This document shows positions 45,701-54,185 of a stretch of 64,000 nt of DNA, in pieces (position 1 is the first letter of the stretch; every line of letters starts with the position of its first letter). This DNA is from a virus. The notes below the pieces were generated by a model. The model saw only the letters and a list, made by a program, of their open reading frames with translations. It was not told the DNA's origin and made no database searches. The stretch spans positions 1-64,000 of IMG/VR virus record IMGVR_UViG_3300032334_002236; one strand, 5' to 3'. The translations under genes and the position numbers were made by a program.

Positions 45701-48700
45701 ATATCCTGTGTGCTGCCAGTGGCAAATCTCAACAGATGATCATTTATATACAAACAACTGTTGGCTGGTATCACCGGTAATACCACATTGCTGGTCACCT
45801 GATTGTACTTGAGATGTGTATCCAGGTAACGGAAGATAGCGCCATTCCTGTTGTTGGTATAGCGATATCCAGGAGCACCCACCACCAATTCAGCACCGGT
45901 CTGGTCTAATTTTACTTCTTGACCGAATTCCAAGGAATCATTCACCAGAGCAGGCAATACGTTTGCTGTACTGATCAGCCTGGAGTATTCAACACTTATC
46001 TGAGCACCAGCATCCACAGGTTGTGACAGTACCACTATCTGGTAACTGATGTTGCAACTGTTGAAATTATAGGGATTGGGATCAGTGTACAACACCACAT
46101 TGCTGATGTCACGATCAGTACACAATTTCAAGGTGTCCTTGTCCACATATTGCACATAGTATGCAGTGTTGTTGACAAAATTTGCAGGCACTGGACCACT
46201 GATCTGTACTTGATCCTGATCTGCCATGCCATGATCCAATACGGTCAATACTGCTTGCCCGTCGATCTCTATGATCCTCTGTATGACTAAACTTTGCCTG
46301 CCCAGCATATAATCTGTTCTTATCTGCTGATCCACTGTTATAACAGGATCCATGTAATAGGGTTCGCCAGTGGATATGGTATTAGTATTGTTTTGGCCCA
46401 GGACATCTATGTGGAATTTGGTCTGTGATGCAGTAGCTTTTACTATTCTGACCTCACGTTCCAGTATCTCTACTGTTCCATAGCCACCATAACTCTTGTG
46501 TCCCACAGCTATACGCCTACCTGTGGCATCTGTGCTGATGCTCGATCCCCAATCACTACTGTTGGTACCCTCGTATGCTCCCACCAGTTTATAGTAATCT
46601 CTATAATGGATGGTTATCACACTGTCAAGATCTGGAGCTACTGTGAAAAAGATGTTGTCTGGATTGGGACTTAGTGTATAATCCAGGTTGGGTATCTGCA
46701 CTACCTGATCTATCATCACAGTAACATCATTGGCTTGCAACAGTTTTGTCTGTGCAGCACTGGGGAAAGCATATTCCTGGCTGGTGCTATCACCTGTATA
46801 ACTGACGCTACCAGATATCACAGTGGTGTAACGGAAGCTGTAAAGCTGCCCATTGACGCTATCTGTCACATACAGCCAATTGCCATCCTTGCTGACAGTC
46901 ATACCAGCCATATCACCATCAGTGAATGCATAATAGATTATCTGTTTGATGCTGATTTCACGATCCACGATTTCAGCCACGTGTACTATTCCCCGGCCAG
47001 CACAAGTGCCTGAGATGCACACCCGATCTTGATCACTGATACTGATTTCTTTACCGAAATCACTTATGGCTGCATTTGCAGGATTGAGCCTGGATGTCTG
47101 GTTCCAGTTGTTACTGGTATCCAATGTGTACAGATAAACTGCACCTGTTGAACCTCTGCCCGGACTGTTGACCACGCTGTAATTTTGTCTGCTGTTGATC
47201 ACCACCCGCTCACCGTAACGGTCCACCGGGTGGGTGTATATGGGACTGATCATCTTGTCGAATTGCCAGCTGTCTGTGTTCTGTAACACGCTGTAATCTT
47301 TAGGATCATGATCGATGTAAACTATGTCTCCATTCTTCCAACCACGGGCTGGTTGGAAATCTCCGAAACTAAATTTATCGGTGAATCTGACATTTACCAG
47401 TTTATACACCAGTGAACGGATGGTCTGTGTTCCTATGCTGATGTTGTTCTTGACGTTTACTGTGAAGTATGCCCCTGCCACTGCTTTAATGGTGTAGAAT
47501 CCTGCCAGATCCACCTGGTTATTGGTGTTATTCAACACAGTACTGTGCAACATGATCACATCTAATACCTGGAATCCATGGGCAATATCTGTGGTGAATG
47601 TCAGTTCGTTAGGTGCAGTCTGGGAACAGTTTGTCACATAGATGCGATCAGTGAGAGTGACACGATAGGTGGCCCATTGACCAGCATTGTCGTTAGCCAC
47701 CCATACCAGGCTTCCTTCACCCAATAAGCTGTTGATACTGTCTATCTGATCTATCTTCTGTATGTTGAATACTGTGGCGCTGACTTCACTGCTACGCACC
47801 GGCCCTGTATCACCTAATATCTGTGGTTTGGCAACACCTGCAAATATATTCTTGTCATATTCATATGGACATTGTATCAGATCAGTTTGACGATAATTGT
47901 TGGCTCCTGGCAGATCTTGATCAGTGGCATCTTGGAAAGCCAGAGCATACTGGTTATTGATGCTGCTGATTCCTGCCAGATCCAGTTCGAACAGTTGTTG
48001 TTGTTGTGTATTACCGAATCTGTCCAGGCGTACTGCAAACAATTCCTGGATCTCTATACTAGTATCCAGGCTCTCATTCTGTGCGCGGATGAATGCCTGC
48101 ACCACTGCCTGGCTGCCTTTCTGTTTCAGCATGCCCAGATAGAATTTGTGTTGGCTGACCACATCCAATCCCAGAGCATTGAGATATCTTCTCTTGCTGA
48201 AACCAGTGGCATGCCTGCCATACATGTCTGCCAATGCGTTGACATTCTGCTTGTCCACGTCATAGAATCCCAGGAATTGGCTGGCATCGTATGCTGGATT
48301 GGGTATCAACTGATGTTGCAGCAGGTCACCTGAAATCTCATACCATAGACCGTGGTTGAATTTACCAGCACCAGGTGTGAAGTTCTTGGCAGTGTAATAA
48401 TGGTTCTTGTGGAAGGTCACGTCGCCGCGATAATAATCAGTGTAACTTTGCCAATTTTCCACAGGCCTGACATTTATCAGATATCCTGGTGCATAAAGGC
48501 TGCCGTTCCAATCCTGTGTCTTATTGCCTTGTATCTTGATCCTGCTCTGGCGATTGCCCATGACAGGATCAAATATCACATCATTGAAAACTGTGCGGTT
48601 GTCCAGCACCAAAGCATGTTCATATTGTACCACGCTCAGGTCCAACAGGTGTATGCCTTTGTTCTGGGATCTGGTCTGGATATGGAAATCGTTGCCATCA

Positions 48701-51700
48701 CGGTATATGCGATAGTCGCTGCTCTTGAGCGTCCTGCCATCGCTGTCTACCAGCCTGGTATAATCGCTGCGATTGCTCAGTGTTTCCACAGCACCATAAT
48801 CGCTGTGGAATTTCAAGGATACACCAGCAGGTGTCACACTGATCACCACGTCCTGACCCCAGTGCTGTTGGTTCCAGAACAGGAACTCTTTCACAGCTAG
48901 TGTCCAATTACTCACAGTCTGTTGATCGTCTAATATATCATCGAATTGGAATCCCTGTTGTGCAAGATAATGTCCATACCCCATGAGGAAGTTCACAACA
49001 GCCTGTTTGTTGGCCAATATCTGTCCATAAGGCATGCTGATGACGTTTGTGCTGAATTTTTCGTAGATCAGTATGCTGTCTGTTCCCACAGTCAGGGTGT
49101 AGGAATTATTAGTATCCAACACAGGAGTCAGCAGGAAGTAGGGCTTAACGGTATCGAATCCGTATATCTTATAAGTGTCTCCTATCCGTACTATGGTCAC
49201 TGCGCTGTAGATGGCACGGGCAATCACACTGCTCTTGCTGAAAACCACATGATAATTTTCATTAGGGATCATTATGCTGTTGTTGGTGGTCTGTGGGCTG
49301 ACCTGATCTGCCAACAATATCAGCTGCTGTTTGTCTGTATAACCAGCCAGTTTGTACACCAGATTGATCTGGCTGTTTTCCACGAAATCATACCAGGTGT
49401 GTTGCAGTTGCTGGTTGCGTGACAGAATGAAATCTCTGACCCACACGTTAGTTCCAGCATGGAAATCTGTGCTGTCACTCAGCTTGTGATTCCATTCACG
49501 TGTATTGGTCTGTTTATCCACTAATTGTCCGGTCAACACATCACGGATCTGGTCTCTGGTATTGAACCTGAGGCTGGCATATTCGGCAGGGCGAGCTAAT
49601 GCACAAGCTATCTGTATGGCAAAAGGATAATAGCTGCTGCGCCTCCAGGAATTCTCAGCAGGTGCCCAGTCGCCCACTTTCCAATCATTAGTGGTACTGA
49701 AATCCTGATAATTCTTTACCAGGAAACTGTCAGGGCTTAACAAGTTGCCATGTGAATCCACAGGGATTATCTGGCTAAGTCCTGGCCTGCTGTATCTGAC
49801 ATCTAACCTGGCCTGGCCAGGATTGCTGCCCCTGATGAATCCCATCTCCAGATCCATCCACATTGTCATGTTGGCATTGGTATATGGAGCTGAGCCATAA
49901 GCTGCTGTCCACCAATCAGGCATGTCGGCAAAGCCCAACATCTGCCAGGGCTTGTGGTGTGGTTGATCAGTATCATAGAAATATTGATAGATGCCACGCC
50001 AATGCCCTGGCACCTGCTCACTGTATATGACATCACGGCCACTATTATAATTAATGGTGAAGGCATCATAACCTGTGCCAGTGTTTTCAAAGATGTCGAT
50101 GGCAAACTGCCCGCTCCATTCCAACAGGCTCTGACCGATGAATTTGTTCCATTCGGTCATGGTATAATCAGTCTTACGGAAAGCGCCAGGCTTCATGCTA
50201 TTGATGCCAGTGTTCTCATCATCCCTGTAAAATGTCTGGCAATTATTGTATACCCTACGCTCATATTCCATGAGGATGTTATCGCGATAATCACCATATG
50301 CTGGAGTGATGCTGCCATCATGTCCTATGATCACCTGGATGGGTGTGGTATAGGTGTTGTCAGTTTCTATCACAGGCATGCTCAGCGGATACAATCCCAG
50401 CTTGCTGGGTGTGGCAGGTATCACATTCGCCTGTGTTGATGCATATTCCAGGATGGTTATGGTATCATTGAGGAATATGGCCAGGTCATTGCTGAGTGTC
50501 AATGTGTAACCCTGTACTGTATAATCTTTGCCACGCAGCAACAATATGTTATTGCGATAGGCCAGTATGGATGTGTAATTGCTTTCCTGTAGATCATAAT
50601 TCTGGTTAAGATTATATGACCTGTATCCCAAGTTGATCACAGGATACTGGTTGGAGTAATCAGGCAGTCCATGGGCTGCCATGTCAGTGTGATAATAAGG
50701 ATCGGTAGGTTTAGCATCCTGCGATAATGTGGCTAATACCAGATCCAAACACTGCCTGATATTGGAGGTATCAGCAAAATTGGTATTATTGATCTGATCA
50801 TGTAGATTGATCATGAACTGGCCATATGCTGTCATGTTTTGCCGTATGGCACTGATAATATTGCAATCCGGATTGAGGCTTAATGTGGTATGTGCCCACA
50901 TTCCAGCACTATGTTGCAATAGTTTACCAGGAACACCAGTGAGATCGATGTCACGGCTATTGTTTATACCAGATGCTTCGCCTGAAAACTCCATGCTATT
51001 GCTGGATATTTCTATCAGATGGTTTCTCATCTGTCCCAATGTGACATCTGTTATCAGTTCGTTCTTATTGTTCACACCCAGATTAACTGGTATCTCATAA
51101 GTGGCATAAGTGTCTCCAGCTATGCCTGCGATCATCACTGTCAAACGATCACCTACTGATAAGTCTTGATGCAGGTGTAGGGTGACATATTTGTCTTGTA
51201 CGATTATGTCATAACTGTTTTTATCCATGAGGCGGGCATTGACCCGTATCTTGGCATCTATCAATCGTCCACTCTCTTCATAAGTGGTCTTGAATATGAA
51301 GTCATTCACACGAACAATGTTAACATCTACGCTGTATACTACTTTTTGTCTGCTGCGTTCCCTGACCCGATCCCAGCCTGTGAGATACTTTATTCTGCTG
51401 TCAGGATCGATGCTGGCAGCATATCCTGTGCGGATGTGTCGTTGTGTGTTCTTGCTGTCTTGGGTGTAGTTGAACACATCTGTGTGGTAATAATTGGTGA
51501 AAACTATGTCACCTATGTTACCGATGTTCTGATATTTTAATGGTATTCCCAACACCTTATCTGATGTGCCAGTTGCATCAGCATAGCCAAACAAGCGGCT
51601 GCCTTTGAAATTGGTGCCCAGATATTTCTGGTTGTGCCCAAAGCTGTCAGTCTGCTTGTCAACTATCTCGAACAACGGGGGCTGTGGTATTCCCAACTTC

Positions 51701-54171
51701 TGTTGGCTGCGTTGCCATTCTCCCTGGTGATAGTGATACACCACGCCTTGGTTCTCGATGCCACTGTCAACTACAACTACATCACCTTCTGTAGCAGTGC
51801 CCACAGGTGTGAGTGTTATCTGGCTGGCTTCATTAGTGAATGTGTAACTGGTACCAGCTGGCACATCAGTGGTGACACTGTTGCTCAGGTATATCTGGTT
51901 GCGATCGTGATCGATCACGACCACAGTACATCCTGGTACTAGCCCTGGTCCTGTGACCAGATCACCCACACGTATGGTACTAACATTTCCAAGTTGTAGC
52001 ACACGGGTATCAGCAGGTATGAAGCTCAATGCCTGGAAGTTGCTGTTACGGAAGCTCTGCGCCAGCACATTTTTAACTTGATAGATGGTTTTTCTTATTT
52101 CTGGTCTAGTATCTGTGGCAAATATGATCTTGATGCCATCCACTAATAGTATGCCATCACAGTTGTATTGACCGAAATAAACCTGTTCTGCAGCCAACAC
52201 ATCACCAGTGAGTTCTTTGCTCAAGGTGATCTGTTTATTCTGTACATCTACCTTGGTAACCCTGGTGTCTGTATGGATGTTTACCCCAGTGATCAATTGG
52301 TTTACAGCCACACCTGATATATCACCTAATGTTAAAACATTAGTGCCAACAGCAGCATCCAGTATGGTCTGGTGGAAGAAGAATTCGCTCTGTAAGCTGA
52401 GGTTGTTCAGTCCCAGTACCTGATTGAAAGCATCAGTCGTGGTCTGATCGTAGATGTTTACAGTGGTCAGGAACTTCTGTCCATGATCAAATAACTGGAT
52501 GTCTGGAACAAATTCCACTATGGGACGCTGTGCTTGGAAATTGGGGTTCAACACCAGTTGCTTTCCGGTTATGGAAGCCACATAATCCAATATGCTGCGA
52601 TGGAACCAACGATTATTACGGCTCCAGGCATTGCGATCCCTGCTGCCACGGCTGATGGTGATGTAGTCTGGAATCACAGGATTATTCTGGCTGCTGTCGT
52701 ATCCACTGGTGTCATAAGGATCAAAATCATATTCACCACCCAGATAATAATTGAATAATTCAGGTGTGACAAATTCCTTCCATGGCATCAGTCGGCAACC
52801 ATGACTGAGATTTTCCACCACATATACCTGTCCATTATATTCAGGAGGATTGACGTTTCCACCAAAGGTCACTTTCAATCCATTACTGAATCGGATTCCA
52901 TTGGGACTGGTATATTCTGTGGAACCCAGGATGTCACTGATGTTAAGCACACTGTTGGGATCTGGATCCAGCAACCTGATCTCACCCACGAAATCAGGAT
53001 TGCTGCTGTCTTGGTAATACAGCTTGTCCATGAGTGCAGTAAGAGTGGGAAATTTCTGTAGTGTGTCAAGCAGATCCCGGTATACCCATATGTGTCCATA
53101 GGTGTTGCCTTCTGTGACAAACACACGCCGGTTCCTGTCCAGGTCGCTGACATAAACCAATTGGATGATGTTGTTGGTGTCCACGCTGACTTGCCACACA
53201 CCCAGTTGTTGTTCCAGCGGTATATGAGCAGGCCAACCTGCTGTATTATTGATTATGATATTCCTGCTACCAGTGGTGTTTAACCTGGTGCCATCAAGAT
53301 CTTTATTTTTCAGAAAATTAGCAAATAAATTGCCTTGCAATTCATTATAAGGCAGATCGGTTATCACATCCACTGTGACGGTAGAAATGGGCATGTTATA
53401 TAATCTATCTTGTGCATCTCTCAGAGGCACACCAAAGCTGATCACACCGTTGTCAGTGCCATTATTGACCACACCCAGTATCTGCCTGCTATCGATATTG
53501 TGTTGATATTGTGTATGCCCTGACAGTCCAGGTTCTGTCTGTATCCAGAACTTATATCCAGGTTGATCCACATGGAAATTATAAATGCGGCCACGCACTA
53601 GATATAATACAGGGTTCACGTTTTCCACTTCAGCAAAAACATAACCTGTTTGTGTCTGCTGCGGGCTGGTCTTCCTGCTGATGTGGTAATCACTCACAGC
53701 ATCGTCTGTGACGTTGGCGTTCACTTCCACTGCGGCAGGTCCTGATGGAACCCAATAATATTGGCGATAGTTCACCAATTTGTCCAGTTCTGTGAAACTG
53801 TTGTAATTGTAATATTCCTGTCCGAACAACCTGGCGTGATCATTGATCACGCTGCCATCATTGCCGCATTGATTCAGCATATCCACATAGTTGTAGACAT
53901 TACCATCCACTATCAGGTCGCTGTTGTTCTGTTTGTTGCGCACTCGCAATCCAGGTTCCAGCTGATAGAATTGGCTGTAAGAATCAGACTCAGTGATGTA
54001 GCTGTCATTGACCCGGAAATTATTACTCAGATCTTTCTGTCCCACATAACCATAGATGGGTTTTAATGAAGGTTCCTGTATCAACTGATCCACAGTGGCA
54101 TTGAGGAATTTTTCATTCGTATTTGTCTGGAAAATATTTGGTAAGAACTTTTTAGTGCTGCGTTTTGCCAT
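39751..54171 (-). CDS. 4806-aa giant baseplate-associated structural protein
   Basis: 14.4-kb open frame directly after the gp6-like gene. Contains FG-GAP-like propeller motifs (FGQEVKLD..G.ELVVGAP, FGTGVAIS..WLAIGSP), CBM5/12-like W....Y...D.V motifs, and C-terminal flagellin-like repeats. Confidence 0.85.
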   Translation of the reverse strand: MAKRSTKKFLPNIFQTNTNEKFLNATVDQLIQEPSLKPIYGYVGQKDLSNNFRVNDSYITESDSYSQFYQLEPGLRVRNKQNNSDLIVDGNVYNYVDMLNQCGNDGSVINDHARLFGQEYYNYNSFTELDKLVNYRQYYWVPSGPAAVEVNANVTDDAVSDYHISRKTSPQQTQTGYVFAEVENVNPVLYLVRGRIYNFHVDQPGYKFWIQTEPGLSGHTQYQHNIDSRQILGVVNNGTDNGVISFGVPLRDAQDRLYNMPISTVTVDVITDLPYNELQGNLFANFLKNKDLDGTRLNTTGSRNIIINNTAGWPAHIPLEQQLGVWQVSVDTNNIIQLVYVSDLDRNRRVFVTEGNTYGHIWVYRDLLDTLQKFPTLTALMDKLYYQDSSNPDFVGEIRLLDPDPNSVLNISDILGSTEYTSPNGIRFSNGLKVTFGGNVNPPEYNGQVYVVENLSHGCRLMPWKEFVTPELFNYYLGGEYDFDPYDTSGYDSSQNNPVIPDYITISRGSRDRNAWSRNNRWFHRSILDYVASITGKQLVLNPNFQAQRPIVEFVPDIQLFDHGQKFLTTVNIYDQTTTDAFNQVLGLNNLSLQSEFFFHQTILDAAVGTNVLTLGDISGVAVNQLITGVNIHTDTRVTKVDVQNKQITLSKELTGDVLAAEQVYFGQYNCDGILLVDGIKIIFATDTRPEIRKTIYQVKNVLAQSFRNSNFQALSFIPADTRVLQLGNVSTIRVGDLVTGPGLVPGCTVVVIDHDRNQIYLSNSVTTDVPAGTSYTFTNEASQITLTPVGTATEGDVVVVDSGIENQGVVYHYHQGEWQRSQQKLGIPQPPLFEIVDKQTDSFGHNQKYLGTNFKGSRLFGYADATGTSDKVLGIPLKYQNIGNIGDIVFTNYYHTDVFNYTQDSKNTQRHIRTGYAASIDPDSRIKYLTGWDRVRERSRQKVVYSVDVNIVRVNDFIFKTTYEESGRLIDAKIRVNARLMDKNSYDIIVQDKYVTLHLHQDLSVGDRLTVMIAGIAGDTYATYEIPVNLGVNNKNELITDVTLGQMRNHLIEISSNSMEFSGEASGINNSRDIDLTGVPGKLLQHSAGMWAHTTLSLNPDCNIISAIRQNMTAYGQFMINLHDQINNTNFADTSNIRQCLDLVLATLSQDAKPTDPYYHTDMAAHGLPDYSNQYPVINLGYRSYNLNQNYDLQESNYTSILAYRNNILLLRGKDYTVQGYTLTLSNDLAIFLNDTITILEYASTQANVIPATPSKLGLYPLSMPVIETDNTYTTPIQVIIGHDGSITPAYGDYRDNILMEYERRVYNNCQTFYRDDENTGINSMKPGAFRKTDYTMTEWNKFIGQSLLEWSGQFAIDIFENTGTGYDAFTINYNSGRDVIYSEQVPGHWRGIYQYFYDTDQPHHKPWQMLGFADMPDWWTAAYGSAPYTNANMTMWMDLEMGFIRGSNPGQARLDVRYSRPGLSQIIPVDSHGNLLSPDSFLVKNYQDFSTTNDWKVGDWAPAENSWRRSSYYPFAIQIACALARPAEYASLRFNTRDQIRDVLTGQLVDKQTNTREWNHKLSDSTDFHAGTNVWVRDFILSRNQQLQHTWYDFVENSQINLVYKLAGYTDKQQLILLADQVSPQTTNNSIMIPNENYHVVFSKSSVIARAIYSAVTIVRIGDTYKIYGFDTVKPYFLLTPVLDTNNSYTLTVGTDSILIYEKFSTNVISMPYGQILANKQAVVNFLMGYGHYLAQQGFQFDDILDDQQTVSNWTLAVKEFLFWNQQHWGQDVVISVTPAGVSLKFHSDYGAVETLSNRSDYTRLVDSDGRTLKSSDYRIYRDGNDFHIQTRSQNKGIHLLDLSVVQYEHALVLDNRTVFNDVIFDPVMGNRQSRIKIQGNKTQDWNGSLYAPGYLINVRPVENWQSYTDYYRGDVTFHKNHYYTAKNFTPGAGKFNHGLWYEISGDLLQHQLIPNPAYDASQFLGFYDVDKQNVNALADMYGRHATGFSKRRYLNALGLDVVSQHKFYLGMLKQKGSQAVVQAFIRAQNESLDTSIEIQELFAVRLDRFGNTQQQQLFELDLAGISSINNQYALAFQDATDQDLPGANNYRQTDLIQCPYEYDKNIFAGVAKPQILGDTGPVRSSEVSATVFNIQKIDQIDSINSLLGEGSLVWVANDNAGQWATYRVTLTDRIYVTNCSQTAPNELTFTTDIAHGFQVLDVIMLHSTVLNNTNNQVDLAGFYTIKAVAGAYFTVNVKNNISIGTQTIRSLVYKLVNVRFTDKFSFGDFQPARGWKNGDIVYIDHDPKDYSVLQNTDSWQFDKMISPIYTHPVDRYGERVVINSRQNYSVVNSPGRGSTGAVYLYTLDTSNNWNQTSRLNPANAAISDFGKEISISDQDRVCISGTCAGRGIVHVAEIVDREISIKQIIYYAFTDGDMAGMTVSKDGNWLYVTDSVNGQLYSFRYTTVISGSVSYTGDSTSQEYAFPSAAQTKLLQANDVTVMIDQVVQIPNLDYTLSPNPDNIFFTVAPDLDSVITIHYRDYYKLVGAYEGTNSSDWGSSISTDATGRRIAVGHKSYGGYGTVEILEREVRIVKATASQTKFHIDVLGQNNTNTISTGEPYYMDPVITVDQQIRTDYMLGRQSLVIQRIIEIDGQAVLTVLDHGMADQDQVQISGPVPANFVNNTAYYVQYVDKDTLKLCTDRDISNVVLYTDPNPYNFNSCNISYQIVVLSQPVDAGAQISVEYSRLISTANVLPALVNDSLEFGQEVKLDQTGAELVVGAPGYRYTNNRNGAIFRYLDTHLKYNQVTSNVVLPVIPANSCLYINDHLLRFATGSTQDILDTINNAGILGISAALVSSKIQIIAAPPAIMRLRNGLTDVLSLLGMSSWNHSQLILSPLTQDTEKFGERITLSPDGQLLLVGTSVSDNYKITTFDNGALTFDNRTLVDLKDKTYRSGTAYLYELQGPGDTDRPDKYVYASTLSHKDLSTQSKFGTGVAISENWLAIGSPSGNVNDQPQGTLYIYKNPVAERVWKTLRRKGAEYDSSRITHAYLYDRNTRTKMQDLIVLDPLHSKFAPTVASKLNYISNTDPAVYTNAPNRLTFNTDQRSSWGYQQVGQTWWDTNNIKLMDQDQGDIIFKLNTWNNAFPNSSISIYQWIESDVPPLEFSTANGKTKPLYVQTDVYSTRTIVDNITGAAQVRYYFWVRNSNLNDVSTIEMEQILASPRQQDQAYISVLDTNLLGLYNCQGLIGSDTSLILRTSESDTSVTHSEWAVFDDGSDLGTNQEIYDKIRHSLSGQDDQDRPVPDTRLPEKQRYGTSVRPRQTVFGDLYQARQSYFLQLNEFCKNVCITLIRPSFLAALGRHDPVPDSSHYVTSVQDLTELGYLDQRLYTLGAKVLVSQDSDVSGGWSIRELRKDPQNKFYWYLVRVQTYDVRKYWTSTDWYSPEYTQDTKTNYNIDNEGEINNLPLALGDVIYIRNSDAGGWKMCLVTGNGLTLLAQQGATVSFSDNLWDNSQNGLGLDGSSLDSTSYGKDCNKEVSVIFQAVIEHLMTQEFRTDLKSIMRSLMNLQLSQTLDADWVMKTSLVDMYQRVRKLDQLPVFLPDIQNSISEFFQEIKPFHVYLKKYVARYDNMQNPDVAQLDITDFDLQPYYNIDASRYRSPQLNNQIDQVALARTVYAPWLNNHAYGAERVRMIHTGTGYIASTVSVKIYGNGTGAKAKATVVNGVITKITVTDPGKGYTQASVTITGINDTPAVAAVHLGLGLARNIKTQLKFDRYTYSNQVQDWKPDTSYKLDQVVSYIDPAFRCVVDHVSNNRFNMLNFRLMIIRIWTPDTSYNKEDVVIYRDSLWDHTGPVAYVVTESFVSGNDFDAAKLRPYAGNWLDNAADRIWSYYQTGPGKAGRDLSQLMAGIKHAGVQVIGPGFDQASGYDQPAYDQAPYDPVYRDELGLDIIRGPQAIDTIYTSQFTDQMLGIRPEDIITEGGQFVDANNVPAPEELLPGRLMDTLDITVTTSATDMLTHYINPEIRQVAYVSDGIQQVYSWSDVSLPQAGSEFVWVAVEKYGPLDLDLDYTLDLSGKNVILTNPAVAGLTLQINIWGSTGFAQSSNARYISDGVTRTFLLPDVSLVDCKQVYVRIQQDHYTDFTLSKTDNGVLVTLAHKPKLNDEISLHSYGYDNGLRSYARINEYTYSTSAGAPVNYNLVLADPVLQEEPAIVHTIVRVNNTYLTPSSQAYYTANGMTSKFSLSQLRYVSNLNLIRDSDIVVVVDGITMKNRIEYQVVRVAGQWPQIQFNVTPLPGSQIIISDSSYSDYRIHSTNSVTIDPSLGLHDTDRVHVLTLTNHDMIDLKTWVYTGNNMGTYVNVNAGFDGDILDDSPFDNELSQIRTDLPFVLPVDIEDPGAVMITINGMLQMPYLDYRLIGKNRIIFDQYIADADIIVVRAFGSANRNRWSKFRIFKDLTDTTTYQVIKQDHMTYLTQDLYQADEWIYVADLSRLADSDPSVNKPGVVFVNGERITYGVKDLANSRLGLLRRGTAGTGAADRHDTFSILQDASDMMNIPQSTETELLTEGIDATWLGLTLGSFAAVNVVAGTSMLAPRTEITGSIRIDGQDISIGYLTTNITANRSKITNAINAVSSITGVTAIDSGSDTTGIKLSDLIGQDIVVDISGGFTDSNGADLGYTGLQQGTSPLSAITVVPGSAMTAPSASTSTQILINGTIVNLLLTTNTATNRSRIVTSINALTAFTGVIAADTGNDATGITLTGTPGFSIFTQLIDVVITNKAGQLVTVANGQKLRQGHLWIKPGQTLHESDSIQARYIRSA

Positions 54172-54185
54172 TATTTTTTACCTGA

